The translations under genes and the position numbers were made by a program. From contig JAFUTR010000010.1 in assembly GCA_017477845.1 (NCBI GenBank), positions 11,282 through 75,281 on the forward strand: DNA of 64,000 bases, written 5' to 3'. This DNA is from Bacilli bacterium (lineage in GTDB: Bacteria > Bacillota_I > Bacilli_A > RF39 > UBA660). Below are positions 9,084-18,943 of the stretch, one piece after another. Every line of letters starts with the position of its first letter. Positions within the stretch are counted from its first letter, which is position 1. Under the pieces are notes generated by a model, which had not been told where the DNA came from, made no database searches, and saw only the letters and a list, made by a program, of their open reading frames with translations.

Positions 9084-9868
9084 CCACCTGGCCCAATAGC
9101 GTATAACGACTGAATTATTTGAAAACCTGTACCTAATGGATCACTCCAAGGATTTAAAAAAGAAGTTATTCTGTCCATTCTATAAGGTGCAATAATAATT
9201 AAAATAGTTATACCTATTACGCCTAGTAATCCTAATCCTAAAAAGAACTTTATATTAACTCCTGCTATAAATAAAAGTGCTAATACACTTACAACTATAA
9301 TCATACCTGTTCCAAAATCTGGTTCTAACATTATTAAACCAAATGTTAGAAAAAGTACAGCAAGTATAGGAATAACTCCTTTTTTTAAATTCTTAATAAA
9401 CTTATTAGAGTTTGATAAATATTTACTTGTTAAAATAATAATACTAATTTTAGTAAATTCACTTGGTTGAATACCGAATGGTCCAATTGAAAACCAACTT
9501 CTACTTCCGTTTCTTACACTTCCAATACCTGGTATTAAAACAATGATTAAAAGAATAATGCATACAAAAAATATTTTAGAACTATTCTTATAATAAAAAC
9601 TTATTTTTATTTTATTTAACAAAAATATTAAAAAAAGCCCTATTAAAAAAAATAATAATTGATGCTTCACATATTTAAATGGATCGTTGAACTTATAATT
9701 TGCCCATATACTAGATGATGAGTATATCATTATAATTCCAAATATAATTAGAATTAATGATACAAATAATAAATATTTACCTAGATTTTTATTCATCATA
9801 TCACCTAATATATTGTATAAAAATATGATAAAAAAAAGAACACAAAGTTCTTTATAACCATACTCCAA
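9084..9868 (-). pseudogene. ftsW: FtsW/SpoVE (SEDS) N-terminal fragment of about 260 aa, cut off at the element junction
   Basis: Motifs [60 protein letters not shown] follow the FtsW/RodA consensus. The frame runs into the element and stops 3 codons later (…GGL CF*). It overlaps mraY by 17 nt in dcw-cluster order. Confidence 0.85.
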
Positions 9869-10838
9869 AATATATTCCAGCCATTGTTAGAATTAATCCT
9901 ATTACCCAAAATAATTTAACAATATCTGTTTCACACCATCCTAATTTTTCAAAATGGTGATGAATTGGTGTCATTAAGAATAACTTCTTATGGAATAAAA
10001 ACATCCATAAAACTTGTAATATTACACTTAGTGTTTCTACCACAAACACACTCGCTACAACTAATAACGTTATTTCTCTATGGGTTAATATTGCAACTGC
10101 TGCCATAACAGCACCTAGCGCAAGCGAACCAGTATCTCCCATAAATATCTTAGCAGGATGAGTATTAAATATTAAAAATCCCATCAAGGCCCCAACTAAA
10201 ATGAATGTGAATATTCCTATTTCTTCAAATCCTACTTCAATTGAAATAAGCCCAAAAGCAATAAAGGCAATAGCAGATAGCCCACCAGCTAATCCATCAA
10301 GTCCATCTGTTAAGTTAACAGCATTTGAAGCTCCTATTAAAATAAACAATAAGAATACTCCATAGAACCAACCCATTTCAATATTAATACCTAATGTTGT
10401 AGAAACAAGAGAAGTTTGCCCTCCTTTTTCCATATACAAATAGAAAAAGACAAGTGATATTATAAGCTGTAAAAATAATTTTTGAAAAGTTGTTAGGCCT
10501 TCATTATTTTTCTTTTTAATACTTAAGAAATCATCTAAAAATCCTATAATCGAATATCCTATAAAGACAAATAAAATAATTTTAAGATTTGCAGTAAGTT
10601 CTAATTTATTTGCTAGAATAAGTAAAACTGTTGCAATAACAGTTGGAATAACAAATATAAGTCCTCCCATAGTAGGAGTTCCTTCTTTTTTCTTATGTGT
10701 TTCACCAACATAGATACTTATTCTTTGACCAACTTTTTTTCTTTTTAAAATTGGGATTAAAAATAGCCCCAAAACAATTGCTGATAGGAATCCTATCATA
10801 ATAGCGAAAACAGATTTAGTTAACAATAATATTCCCAT
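9852..10838 (-). CDS. mraY: Phospho-N-acetylmuramoyl-pentapeptide transferase
   Basis: This is a polytopic membrane protein of 328 aa. Motifs NAVNLTDGLDGLA and MGDTGSLALG are MraY signatures. Confidence 0.9.
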   Translation of the reverse strand: MGILLLTKSVFAIMIGFLSAIVLGLFLIPILKRKKVGQRISIYVGETHKKKEGTPTMGGLIFVIPTVIATVLLILANKLELTANLKIILFVFIGYSIIGFLDDFLSIKKKNNEGLTTFQKLFLQLIISLVFFYLYMEKGGQTSLVSTTLGINIEMGWFYGVFLLFILIGASNAVNLTDGLDGLAGGLSAIAFIAFGLISIEVGFEEIGIFTFILVGALMGFLIFNTHPAKIFMGDTGSLALGAVMAAVAILTHREITLLVVASVFVVETLSVILQVLWMFLFHKKLFLMTPIHHHFEKLGWCETDIVKLFWVIGLILTMAGIYFGVWL

Positions 10839-11030
10839 ATATTTTCACCTCAAGCTTTTTAAAGTTTATCATAAATATTAAAATATGTCATTAAATTATT
10901 AATATTTTGTCATGATTATACAATGAAATTTAACAATATATCTAATAAATGATAATACTTACACTTAATTATTATTACAAAAAACAATCTAACTATATAC
11001 AATTTTAAAAAAAGTGTCAAGAATTACTGC

Positions 11031-12938
11031 TTATTCTCCTAATAAAATTCTTATTTTACTATTTATATCTACCTTTTCACCAGGTAATGGAGATTGTTCT
11101 ATTATTTTTGAACCTGTTCCTGAATAATCAAGTTCGCAAGGATATACTTTTCCTTTAGCTTCTTTTATTGTTAATCCGGTTAAATCAGGTACTTCAATAT
11201 ATTGTATATCATTCCATTCTTTTTCTTTTACAATGCCGCCATCTTGTTTTTCTATATGTAAAGCATCAATTATATCTAGAAGTATTTTTCTTGCTACTGG
11301 TGCTGTTGTATAACTTGACAAAAGTGCTGTATTTTTAGGGTTATCAATTGCTACATATAATACTGCTTTAGGATCATTTGCAGGTATTATTGACATAAAA
11401 CTCATAATATAATTGTTTACTAGATATTTTCCGTTTTCTACTTTTTGAGCAGTTCCAGTTTTTCCACCTACTCTATATCCTTCAATATATGCATATTTTC
11501 CTCCACCTCGTGCTACTACACTTTCAAGCGCATATTTCATTATATCACTTGTTTCTTTACTTATTGTTTTTCTTACTAATTGTTTATCAAAAGATTTAAT
11601 AACACTGTTGGTTTCTGGTTCTTGAATACTTTTTACAATATATGGTTTGTATAATGATCCTCCATTTACTACTGCACTAACTGCTGTTACTTGCTGTATG
11701 GGAGTTACACTTACTCCTTGCCCAAATGCAGTAGTGGCAAGTTCCAAATCATTTACTTTATTAAGTGGGAAAATAATTCCTTCGCTTTCTCCATTTAAAT
11801 CAATTCCTGTTTTATTTCCAAAGCCAAATAAATCAAGGTAGGAAAATAATCTTTCTTTACCTAGTAAAAAACCTAACCTAACAAATCCTGGATTGCAGGA
11901 GTTTTCTAATACCTGTAAAAATGTTTGATGTCCATGTCCACCTGATTTCCAACAACCTATTCTTGTTCCACTAACTTTTACACTTCCAGAGTCATCAAAT
12001 GTATCTTTAAATAAATCTACTACTTTTTCTTCAACAGCTGATGCTGTTGTTATTATTTTAAAAGTACTACCTGGTTCGTATGAAGCCCATATTGGAAGAT
12101 TTCTATTTATTGTAGTAATATCTGCTTCTTTATAGTTATTAGGGTCATAAGTAGGTCTTGAACTCATACCAAGTATTTCTCCAGTAGATGGGTCCATTGC
12201 AACTGCAAGTGCCATATCTGGATTAAACATTGCTACTACATTATCAAGTTCTCTTTCTATAGATGTTTGAATATTGTAATCTATTGTAAGAGTTATATTC
12301 ATTCCTTGCTGTGGTGCTACATAAATATCTGATAGTTTAAGACTATTTCCTTTAGCATCACTAAAGTATTTTATTGCGCCATCTGCTCCTGTTAAATATG
12401 AGTTATACTCTAATTCTAATCCAGATAATCCTTGATTATCTATACCAACATATCCAAGTACATGAGAGAGCATTTCTTTATTAGGATAGTATCTTTTAGA
12501 TTCTTTTACTAAATATACTCCATCATATTTAAGATTATCTATTTTATCTGCTATATCATATGATAGTTGTCTTCCTTCTGGATGAACTCTTTCTATTGAT
12601 GTTTCTTTAAATACATGTTTATCCATTTCTTCTTTTGATACATTTAGTATTTTTGATAGGTTTAACGATACTTCTTCTTTATTTTTTATTTGTGAAGGGA
12701 TTAATACTAGACTAGTTGTCGTAATATTATCTGCAAGTATTATTCCATTTCTGTCAAGTATTAATCCTCTATCAGCAGCAAGTGGAAGGTTTCTACTCCA
12801 TAAGTCATTAGCCTTATCATTTAGCATTCTATAGTTAAATAGCTGTATATAAAGTACTCTTGCTATTATTAAAACTAAGAAAAATAAAAGTACTAAAAAA
12901 AGAATTCTAATTCTTTCATCTATTTTTTCACTGAACAT
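11031..12938 (-). CDS. Class B penicillin-binding protein (PBP2B/FtsI/SpoVD-type) with a C-terminal PASTA domain
   Basis: The active-site motif STFK lies in PGSTFKIITTASAV, SxN in SCN, and KTG in GGKTGTA. There is an N-terminal transmembrane helix and a C-terminal PASTA-like domain (IEVPDLTGLTIKEAKGKV). It sits upstream of mraY. Confidence 0.85.
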   Translation of the reverse strand: MFSEKIDERIRILFLVLLFFLVLIIARVLYIQLFNYRMLNDKANDLWSRNLPLAADRGLILDRNGIILADNITTTSLVLIPSQIKNKEEVSLNLSKILNVSKEEMDKHVFKETSIERVHPEGRQLSYDIADKIDNLKYDGVYLVKESKRYYPNKEMLSHVLGYVGIDNQGLSGLELEYNSYLTGADGAIKYFSDAKGNSLKLSDIYVAPQQGMNITLTIDYNIQTSIERELDNVVAMFNPDMALAVAMDPSTGEILGMSSRPTYDPNNYKEADITTINRNLPIWASYEPGSTFKIITTASAVEEKVVDLFKDTFDDSGSVKVSGTRIGCWKSGGHGHQTFLQVLENSCNPGFVRLGFLLGKERLFSYLDLFGFGNKTGIDLNGESEGIIFPLNKVNDLELATTAFGQGVSVTPIQQVTAVSAVVNGGSLYKPYIVKSIQEPETNSVIKSFDKQLVRKTISKETSDIMKYALESVVARGGGKYAYIEGYRVGGKTGTAQKVENGKYLVNNYIMSFMSIIPANDPKAVLYVAIDNPKNTALLSSYTTAPVARKILLDIIDALHIEKQDGGIVKEKEWNDIQYIEVPDLTGLTIKEAKGKVYPCELDYSGTGSKIIEQSPLPGEKVDINSKIRILLGE

Positions 12939-13035
12939 TTTATCACCAATAAATTATATGTTTTAATTTTTTTATAATATCATTTATTTTATTTCATAAT
13001 TTATAGTATAATAAAGAAAATAGGAGGTGAATTTT

Positions 13036-13668
13036 GTGAGAAAGTACATTGCTGAATTTGTCGGTACTGCTATGTTAACTTTAATTGCTTGTGGTGTTGC
13101 AGTTGTAACAAATAATTTAGTTGCTATTTCTTTAGCATTTGGTCTTGTTATTGTAGCTATGGCATATTCAATTGGAAATGTATCTGGTTGTCATATTAAT
13201 CCAGCTGTATCTTTAGGTTTATTTGTTGCAGGTAAGATGAAATTTGATGAATTATGGAAATACGTAGTAAGCCAAGTTCTAGGAGCAATATGTGGATCAG
13301 TTTTACTTGGAGTTATTTTAGAAAGCTTTGATGCTTTAGGAGCTAATTCTTTCCCAGATGGTAAGATATTAATGGCTCTTTTAGTAGAAGTTATTCTAAC
13401 ATTTGTATTTGTTACTGTTATTCTAGGTGTAACAGATAAGAAAGAAAACTCAAGTGTTTCTGGTATAGTAATTGGTCTTACACTTACTTTAGTTCATTTA
13501 TTTGGATGTAATTTTACTGGTACAAGTGTAAACCCTGCTAGAAGTTTAGCGCCAGCTATTTTCCAAGGAGGAGACGCATTATCTCAAGTATGGCTATTTA
13601 TTGTAGCACCTCTTGTAGGAGCATGTCTTGCAGGATATTTCTATAAGTATGTTTTAAAAACAAAGTAA
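13036..13668 (+). CDS. MIP-family channel (aquaporin/glycerol facilitator-like)
   Basis: Both NPA boxes are present (HINPAV and VNPARS), and AEFVGT is the N-terminal motif. The likely start is the GTG at 13036, 8 nt after AGGAGG. The track ORF begins at 13027. Confidence 0.8.
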   Translation: MRKYIAEFVGTAMLTLIACGVAVVTNNLVAISLAFGLVIVAMAYSIGNVSGCHINPAVSLGLFVAGKMKFDELWKYVVSQVLGAICGSVLLGVILESFDALGANSFPDGKILMALLVEVILTFVFVTVILGVTDKKENSSVSGIVIGLTLTLVHLFGCNFTGTSVNPARSLAPAIFQGGDALSQVWLFIVAPLVGACLAGYFYKYVLKTK

Positions 13669-13671
13669 AAG

Positions 13672-13704
13672 AAAAAAGGCACTTATTAAAGTGTCTTTTA
13701 TTTT
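13672..13704. terminator. Bidirectional rho-independent terminator between convergent genes
   Basis: An AGGCACTT/AAGTGTCT hairpin is flanked by A-runs and T-runs. Confidence 0.5.
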
Positions 13705-13708
13705 GTAA

Positions 13709-14263
13709 TTAATAATTCTTTTTTAAATATTCTGCTAATTTCTCGTAAGCATTTGTATTAAAACAATTTATTTGTTCTTCTTCTGTCATCTCTGAAAATG
13801 TTCTAGTATCATTTTCTGGAATGAATATCTTATCAAAATCGTATCCTCTTCCTTCATGGACTTCTTCTGCTATTTTTCCTTTAGTTATTGATGTAAATGA
13901 TATAGGAGGAGAATTCGGTTCTGCAAAACTTAAAACTTCTTCCCAATGACAATTTCTATTTTTTTCTCCTTTTAGAAGTTTTATATAACCTTCACTTTTA
14001 ATTGTATCTTCAGCAAATTTTGAAAGTGCACCTGGAAAACCATTTAAAGCATCAATAAATAGACCTGAATCATTTTTTAATACTCTTTCATTTAATATAT
14101 TTGCTGCATAACTTGATGAAAAGTCTGCAACTTTTTTACAATCAAGTGATTGTATTTCAGGAGGATCCATATCATTTTGAATTACTTCTATTCCATATTT
14201 TGAAAATATTTTCTTGGCAAGTTTAATTTTTAATTCATTACCTGTAACATAGTATAACTTCAT
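13709..14263 (-). CDS. Non-canonical purine NTP pyrophosphatase (Ham1/RdgB/ITPase family)
   Basis: GLFIDALNGFPGALS follows the Ham1 consensus (…VdaLgG.PG…). It is 184 aa. Confidence 0.7.
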   Translation of the reverse strand: MKLYYVTGNELKIKLAKKIFSKYGIEVIQNDMDPPEIQSLDCKKVADFSSSYAANILNERVLKNDSGLFIDALNGFPGALSKFAEDTIKSEGYIKLLKGEKNRNCHWEEVLSFAEPNSPPISFTSITKGKIAEEVHEGRGYDFDKIFIPENDTRTFSEMTEEEQINCFNTNAYEKLAEYLKKNY

Positions 14264-14272
14264 AATATCACC

Positions 14273-15484
14273 TTATATAACTTGGAAAATATAAAACTTT
14301 AAATATCTTGTTTCTTCTACTCCAACTAAAACAGGATGATCATAACTAGCTTCTCTATATTCCACTTCTTTTAGTCTTAATCCAAGTGCAATACTAGCTT
14401 TTTTTATTTGCTCAAAGAAAAGAGTGTTGCTAGCAAAATGCGAACAAGATGCAGTTGCAAAATATCCTCCTCTTTTTAAAGATTTTAAAGCTAAATAATT
14501 AATTTCATAATATCCTTTTAAAGCATTTTTAATTGTTTTTCTTGATTTAGTAAATGCTGGTGGATCTAATATTATAAAATCAAATTCTTTATTTTTCTTT
14601 TCTGATAATTCTTTTAAATAATCAAATACATCTTTGCACTCTGTTTCTATATTCATATTATTTAGTTTAAAATTCTCTTTAGAGTCCATAATCGCTTTTT
14701 CTGAAATATCAAGTGCTACTACTTTTTTAGCACCTCCTAAATAGGCATTCATAGCAAAAGATCCTGTATGGGTACAGCAATCTAATACTGTTCTATTTTT
14801 AGCAATTTTTCTTATTGCTTTTCTATTATATTTTTGATCTAGAAAGAATCCTGTCTTTTGGCCATTTTCAAAGTCTACAATATATTTTATATCATTTTCA
14901 ACAATTGTTGTTTTGGTTTCACTTGGTTTTTTTTCTCCTAAATCAAACCATCCTTTGTATTCATTAAGTCCTTCTTTTTCTCTTATATCGACATCATTTC
15001 TAATGTAAATTCCCTTTATATCAAAGTTCTTTTTCATCTCTTCATATAAAAGTTTTAGTATCATATCTTTTCTTTTTTCTATTCCAAGAGATAATATTTG
15101 TACTACTAGAATATCATTAAATTTATCAACAGTAAGACCTGGAAGTTCATCTGCTTCTCCAAAGATAACTCTAAAGGCATTTAAATTATCTTCCATAACA
15201 GTAAGTCTATAATCAATCGCATATCTTATTCTTCTTCTAAAGAAAACAGAATCAAATGTGTCATTAGCATTTCTTGAAATAAGTCTAATAGTTATTTTAG
15301 ATTTACTATTATAGAATCCACTACCTAAGTATTTATCTTTATCATTAGTAACATCAACTATTTCTCCATCTTCTATTTCTTCTTTGCTTGTTATTTCATC
15401 TTTATAGATCCAAGGATGTCCAAGAAGAATACTTTTCTCTTGCTTTTTAGTTATTAATACTTTTTTATAATTACGCGTTTTCAT
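14273..15484 (-). CDS. rlmI: 23S rRNA m5C methyltransferase RlmI-like (PUA domain plus class I SAM methyltransferase)
   Basis: The architecture and motifs (VLDCCTHTGSFAMNA, ILDPPAF) match RlmI/YccW. The probable start MKTRNY has a GGGAGA RBS. Confidence 0.6.
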   Translation of the reverse strand: MKTRNYKKVLITKKQEKSILLGHPWIYKDEITSKEEIEDGEIVDVTNDKDKYLGSGFYNSKSKITIRLISRNANDTFDSVFFRRRIRYAIDYRLTVMEDNLNAFRVIFGEADELPGLTVDKFNDILVVQILSLGIEKRKDMILKLLYEEMKKNFDIKGIYIRNDVDIREKEGLNEYKGWFDLGEKKPSETKTTIVENDIKYIVDFENGQKTGFFLDQKYNRKAIRKIAKNRTVLDCCTHTGSFAMNAYLGGAKKVVALDISEKAIMDSKENFKLNNMNIETECKDVFDYLKELSEKKNKEFDFIILDPPAFTKSRKTIKNALKGYYEINYLALKSLKRGGYFATASCSHFASNTLFFEQIKKASIALGLRLKEVEYREASYDHPVLVGVEETRYLKFYIFQVI

Positions 15485-17021
15485 GTTTTCTCCCAATCAT
15501 TTTTACTATTCTTCTGTAAAAAGATTTTATTAGTTTTTTAAAATAAATATATTCTTTTGTTTTTCTAAATAATAATACTACTACAGTATTTGGTATTAAA
15601 AGACATAATAATACTTTAATTATAAATGATAATACTCTTCCAAATGTCACTAGAGAACACAAGTAATATGTTAAAAGGCAACAAGATAAAGTTACTACTA
15701 AATATTTTATATATAATTTATAGAATTCTCTTAATTTTAATTTAAATCCATATTTATAAAGTACTAATGGTTCTATCCATAAGTTAGTTGAAACTGAGCT
15801 TACAAAAGTTCCTAGAAATACTCCAAATGTTTGGAAGTAATGAGCTAGTATTATAGATGCTACTAAGTTAATAGTTGCTTCTACTATAGATTTCCATCTA
15901 TCTTTATAGAATAGTCCACTAGCTTCTCTAAATGTTATTACAGTCTTTCTCATTCCTAATACATAGAAATTTATTACTATCATACATACTATATCAAAAG
16001 AGAATAAAAAGTCTTTTCCAAGCCATAGTTCTATAAATGGATTAAATAAACATAATAAAGATACTATTATGAAACAAAATAGCCAAAAATTCATGAAATA
16101 AATATTTTTAAATACTTCATATTGTTTCTTTTCATTATCTACTACAAACATATTACCAATACTTGCAGTAACTGAATTAAATACATGAGCTGCTACTGTG
16201 TTTAGGGCATTTATTATGAAATAATAATTTGAATAAAGTCCTACTGAATCAAGGGAAACTAAAGATGATAATAAAATATTATCTGTAGAATGAACCAATA
16301 CTCCTCCTACTTTATGCATCATCATAGCTTTAGTATTTTTTAATATACTTTTTTTAAATTCTTCATCAAGTGGAACTTTTTGATTTTCTTTTAAGAATGG
16401 ATACATCTTCTCTGCTTTTCTTGAAACCATAAAGTTATCAGATAAAGTTGCTATTATCATTATAATTACATATCCTATAAAATTCTTAAAGAATATTAAG
16501 TATACTATTTCAATTGCTGTAAATATTACATGAGCAAGATATCTATAAAATGTTGCAATATATCTTTTTTGATCTGCAATTATTAAGTTTCTTTTGTATG
16601 AAAAGAAGTATGATACTGCTGTATTAACTACAAATAAAATATATATTAATTCGATATATGGGATATCAGGCATATTCTTTATTATTAAATGAAGAAATGG
16701 TGTTAGTGATATTCCTATTAAAAGTATTAATATTCCTATTACGTTATACACTTTTTTATAAAGCTGCATAAGCATAGCACATTTTTTAGTATCATTTTCT
16801 GCAAGAGGCTTATATAGACTAAAGTTAATAGCTTCTCCTACTCCTAATTCAGCAAGAGATAAAAGTGTTAAGATATTAGTAAATAATCCATTTAATCCAA
16901 GATATTCTCTTCCTAATGTATTAATAAAGAAGATTCTTGCAATAAAACTTACAACGAATCCTAATCCTTGACCTATTATTGCAGTTACTAAATTTCTAAT
17001 ACTATTGTTTGTTCTAGACAT
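15471..17021 (-). CDS. MOP-superfamily polysaccharide/lipid-II flippase (Wzx/MurJ-like)
   Basis: It is 516 aa with about 14 predicted transmembrane helices. Composition is typical of polysaccharide biosynthesis proteins. Confidence 0.6.
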   Translation of the reverse strand: MSRTNNSIRNLVTAIIGQGLGFVVSFIARIFFINTLGREYLGLNGLFTNILTLLSLAELGVGEAINFSLYKPLAENDTKKCAMLMQLYKKVYNVIGILILLIGISLTPFLHLIIKNMPDIPYIELIYILFVVNTAVSYFFSYKRNLIIADQKRYIATFYRYLAHVIFTAIEIVYLIFFKNFIGYVIIMIIATLSDNFMVSRKAEKMYPFLKENQKVPLDEEFKKSILKNTKAMMMHKVGGVLVHSTDNILLSSLVSLDSVGLYSNYYFIINALNTVAAHVFNSVTASIGNMFVVDNEKKQYEVFKNIYFMNFWLFCFIIVSLLCLFNPFIELWLGKDFLFSFDIVCMIVINFYVLGMRKTVITFREASGLFYKDRWKSIVEATINLVASIILAHYFQTFGVFLGTFVSSVSTNLWIEPLVLYKYGFKLKLREFYKLYIKYLVVTLSCCLLTYYLCSLVTFGRVLSFIIKVLLCLLIPNTVVVLLFRKTKEYIYFKKLIKSFYRRIVKMIGRKHENA

Positions 17022-17130
17022 TAGATCATCTCCAAATTTATATAAATGATTATATCATAAATAGATATATTAATCATTTATTTTTTATAACCTAATGTCA
17101 ACTAGAACATATAATAATGTAGGTGATATT

Positions 17131-17349
17131 ATGTTTAATGGAGCAAAACATAATTTCTTTTGTAGGTGTAGAGCATGTCGTTATAAAAGGAAAAAAAGTA
17201 TACTTTGCTTATTTCTAATTCTACTTTTATTTGTTATTATTCTCTATCAAGCATTTATTCTAATGTTTGTAACAACAAAAATAAATGCTATTATTCTTTT
17301 TGTTGAACTTTTAGCATTTATTTTTCTTTCTTTTCATATACTCTTTTAA
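17131..17349 (+). CDS. Possible small membrane protein (72 aa) with an N-terminal CRCRAC motif
   Basis: The ATG at 17131 follows AGGTGA by 5 nt. The product is MFNGAKHNFFCRCRACRYKRKK followed by two hydrophobic helices. It overlaps the 3' end of the neighbouring minus-strand gene by 39 nt, so it may be spurious. Confidence 0.2.
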   Translation: MFNGAKHNFFCRCRACRYKRKKSILCLFLILLLFVIILYQAFILMFVTTKINAIILFVELLAFIFLSFHILF

Positions 17350-18168
17350 AAATTCATTAATCTTTTGTAAATATTTTATTTTTTCATAAAGTAGTGCTGT
17401 ATTTAATAGTTCATCACTTGTAAAGTCTATTTTTTCTATTTCTAAAAGACTAGAAAATAAAAAGTATAATTCTTCTTCTAATAATTGATATTTACTATTA
17501 TATATAATAAATAAATCTATCATATCCATATTTTTATAATTGTTTTTAAAAAGAGATAATAGGTCATAAATAGGATAATCTATTAATAAATTATCCCAAT
17601 TTATAAGATATGGATATTTATTTATTATTAAATTAGATAGTTTTAGATTATTATGATTGTATACTACTCTTTTAGTTTTTTTATTTTTTATTAAATCATA
17701 CCATTTATCTAAAAACATTTTACTTGTATCACATGACTTTAAAATAAGTGATATATTTCTTTCTAGTAAATAGATACTTGGTGGTAAAAAAAGAAGTTCA
17801 TCATTTTCTTCTAGTATTCTATCATAATAGTTTTTTATATCTATTATTGAATCAGTTTTTTCTTCATATATTTTTTTTATTTCATCTAGACTTATATTTT
17901 TATAATGAGTAGTTTTCGTATGAAGTATAGTTAAAAGATAAACTAACTCATTAAGTTTATCTTCATCCTCTATTTTAATATTTGGTATATAATTTCTTAT
18001 TTCAAATCCATTTACTATTCTTGTAGGAATTATGTTATTAAAGTCTTTTGATTTTAAATAGTTAAGCGTGTTTGTAATATTTTTGTTTTTATTCTTTTTT
18101 ATACAATACTTTTTATCATTTTCTTCTATTATTGTTAAGTTATCTATTTTAGTAATTTTATTCTTCAT
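17311..18168 (-). CDS. Kinase-fold protein (APH/CotS-like) with a degenerate catalytic motif
   Basis: It has the size and layout of CotS or aminoglycoside-phosphotransferase-like proteins. YNHNNLKLSNLIIN sits where HGDxxxxN would be, so it may be a pseudo-kinase. Confidence 0.35.
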   Translation of the reverse strand: MKNKITKIDNLTIIEENDKKYCIKKNKNKNITNTLNYLKSKDFNNIIPTRIVNGFEIRNYIPNIKIEDEDKLNELVYLLTILHTKTTHYKNISLDEIKKIYEEKTDSIIDIKNYYDRILEENDELLFLPPSIYLLERNISLILKSCDTSKMFLDKWYDLIKNKKTKRVVYNHNNLKLSNLIINKYPYLINWDNLLIDYPIYDLLSLFKNNYKNMDMIDLFIIYNSKYQLLEEELYFLFSSLLEIEKIDFTSDELLNTALLYEKIKYLQKINEFLKEYMKRKKNKC

Positions 18169-18886
18169 TGTTGCTTGGTATTATAACTTTAGATCCTATT
18201 TTTAATTCTTGTAAGTTATTATATTCTTCTAGATCTTCTTTTTTAGTTTTATATTTTTCAATAATTGTGTTTATAGTATCATTTTCTCGCATTATGTAAA
18301 CATGATATGCTTTATAAGTTTCATTTGTATTATCAAGATTAGAAAATAATGAGTTAGATGTTTTATCAAGTTCTATTTCTTCTTGTTCTTCGTTTTTTTC
18401 TTCTTGTTCTTCGCCTTTTTCTTCTTTAACTTCTTTTTGTTCTTCTTTAACTTCTTTTTGTTCTTCCACTTTAGCATCAGGTATTTCAAGTTTCTCATCT
18501 TCTGTTTTATCTAAAAATAAGTCATCGATACTTATTATTTCATCATCATTTTCTATTTTTTTAAGTTCTAGTTTATCAAGTAATAAATCAACATTTATTT
18601 TTAATTTATTATCATTTAATACTTCATAGGTAAAATCATCTATATCTATTATTAAATTAGTTAAATCATATTTGTCATCTAATTCTATATCAACAGGTAT
18701 TTTATATGAAAAAGGATTATCTATTTGACTAGCTTCCGTTTGTTTATAAGTTCCACTTACTATTACATCTCCTTTTATATTTTTATCTTCTGTTAATCCT
18801 AAAGTATGTTCTAAAGAGATTGATGTTATTTTTTCAAGCATTGTATTAAAGTCTATTTCTTTTTTAAAAGATACTATTTCTTTCAT
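18158..18886 (-). CDS. LysM-domain protein with an acidic KE-repeat linker
   Basis: The C-terminus YHVYIMRENDTINTIIEKYKTKKEDLEEYNNLQELKIGSKVIIP is a LysM domain. The middle carries EEQKEVKEEQKEVKEE repeats. Confidence 0.6.
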   Translation of the reverse strand: MKEIVSFKKEIDFNTMLEKITSISLEHTLGLTEDKNIKGDVIVSGTYKQTEASQIDNPFSYKIPVDIELDDKYDLTNLIIDIDDFTYEVLNDNKLKINVDLLLDKLELKKIENDDEIISIDDLFLDKTEDEKLEIPDAKVEEQKEVKEEQKEVKEEKGEEQEEKNEEQEEIELDKTSNSLFSNLDNTNETYKAYHVYIMRENDTINTIIEKYKTKKEDLEEYNNLQELKIGSKVIIPSNNEE

Positions 18887-18943
18887 TTCATCATTCCTTC
18901 CTATTAGAATATATGTAGTTTTTAATTTTATATGTAAAAAACT

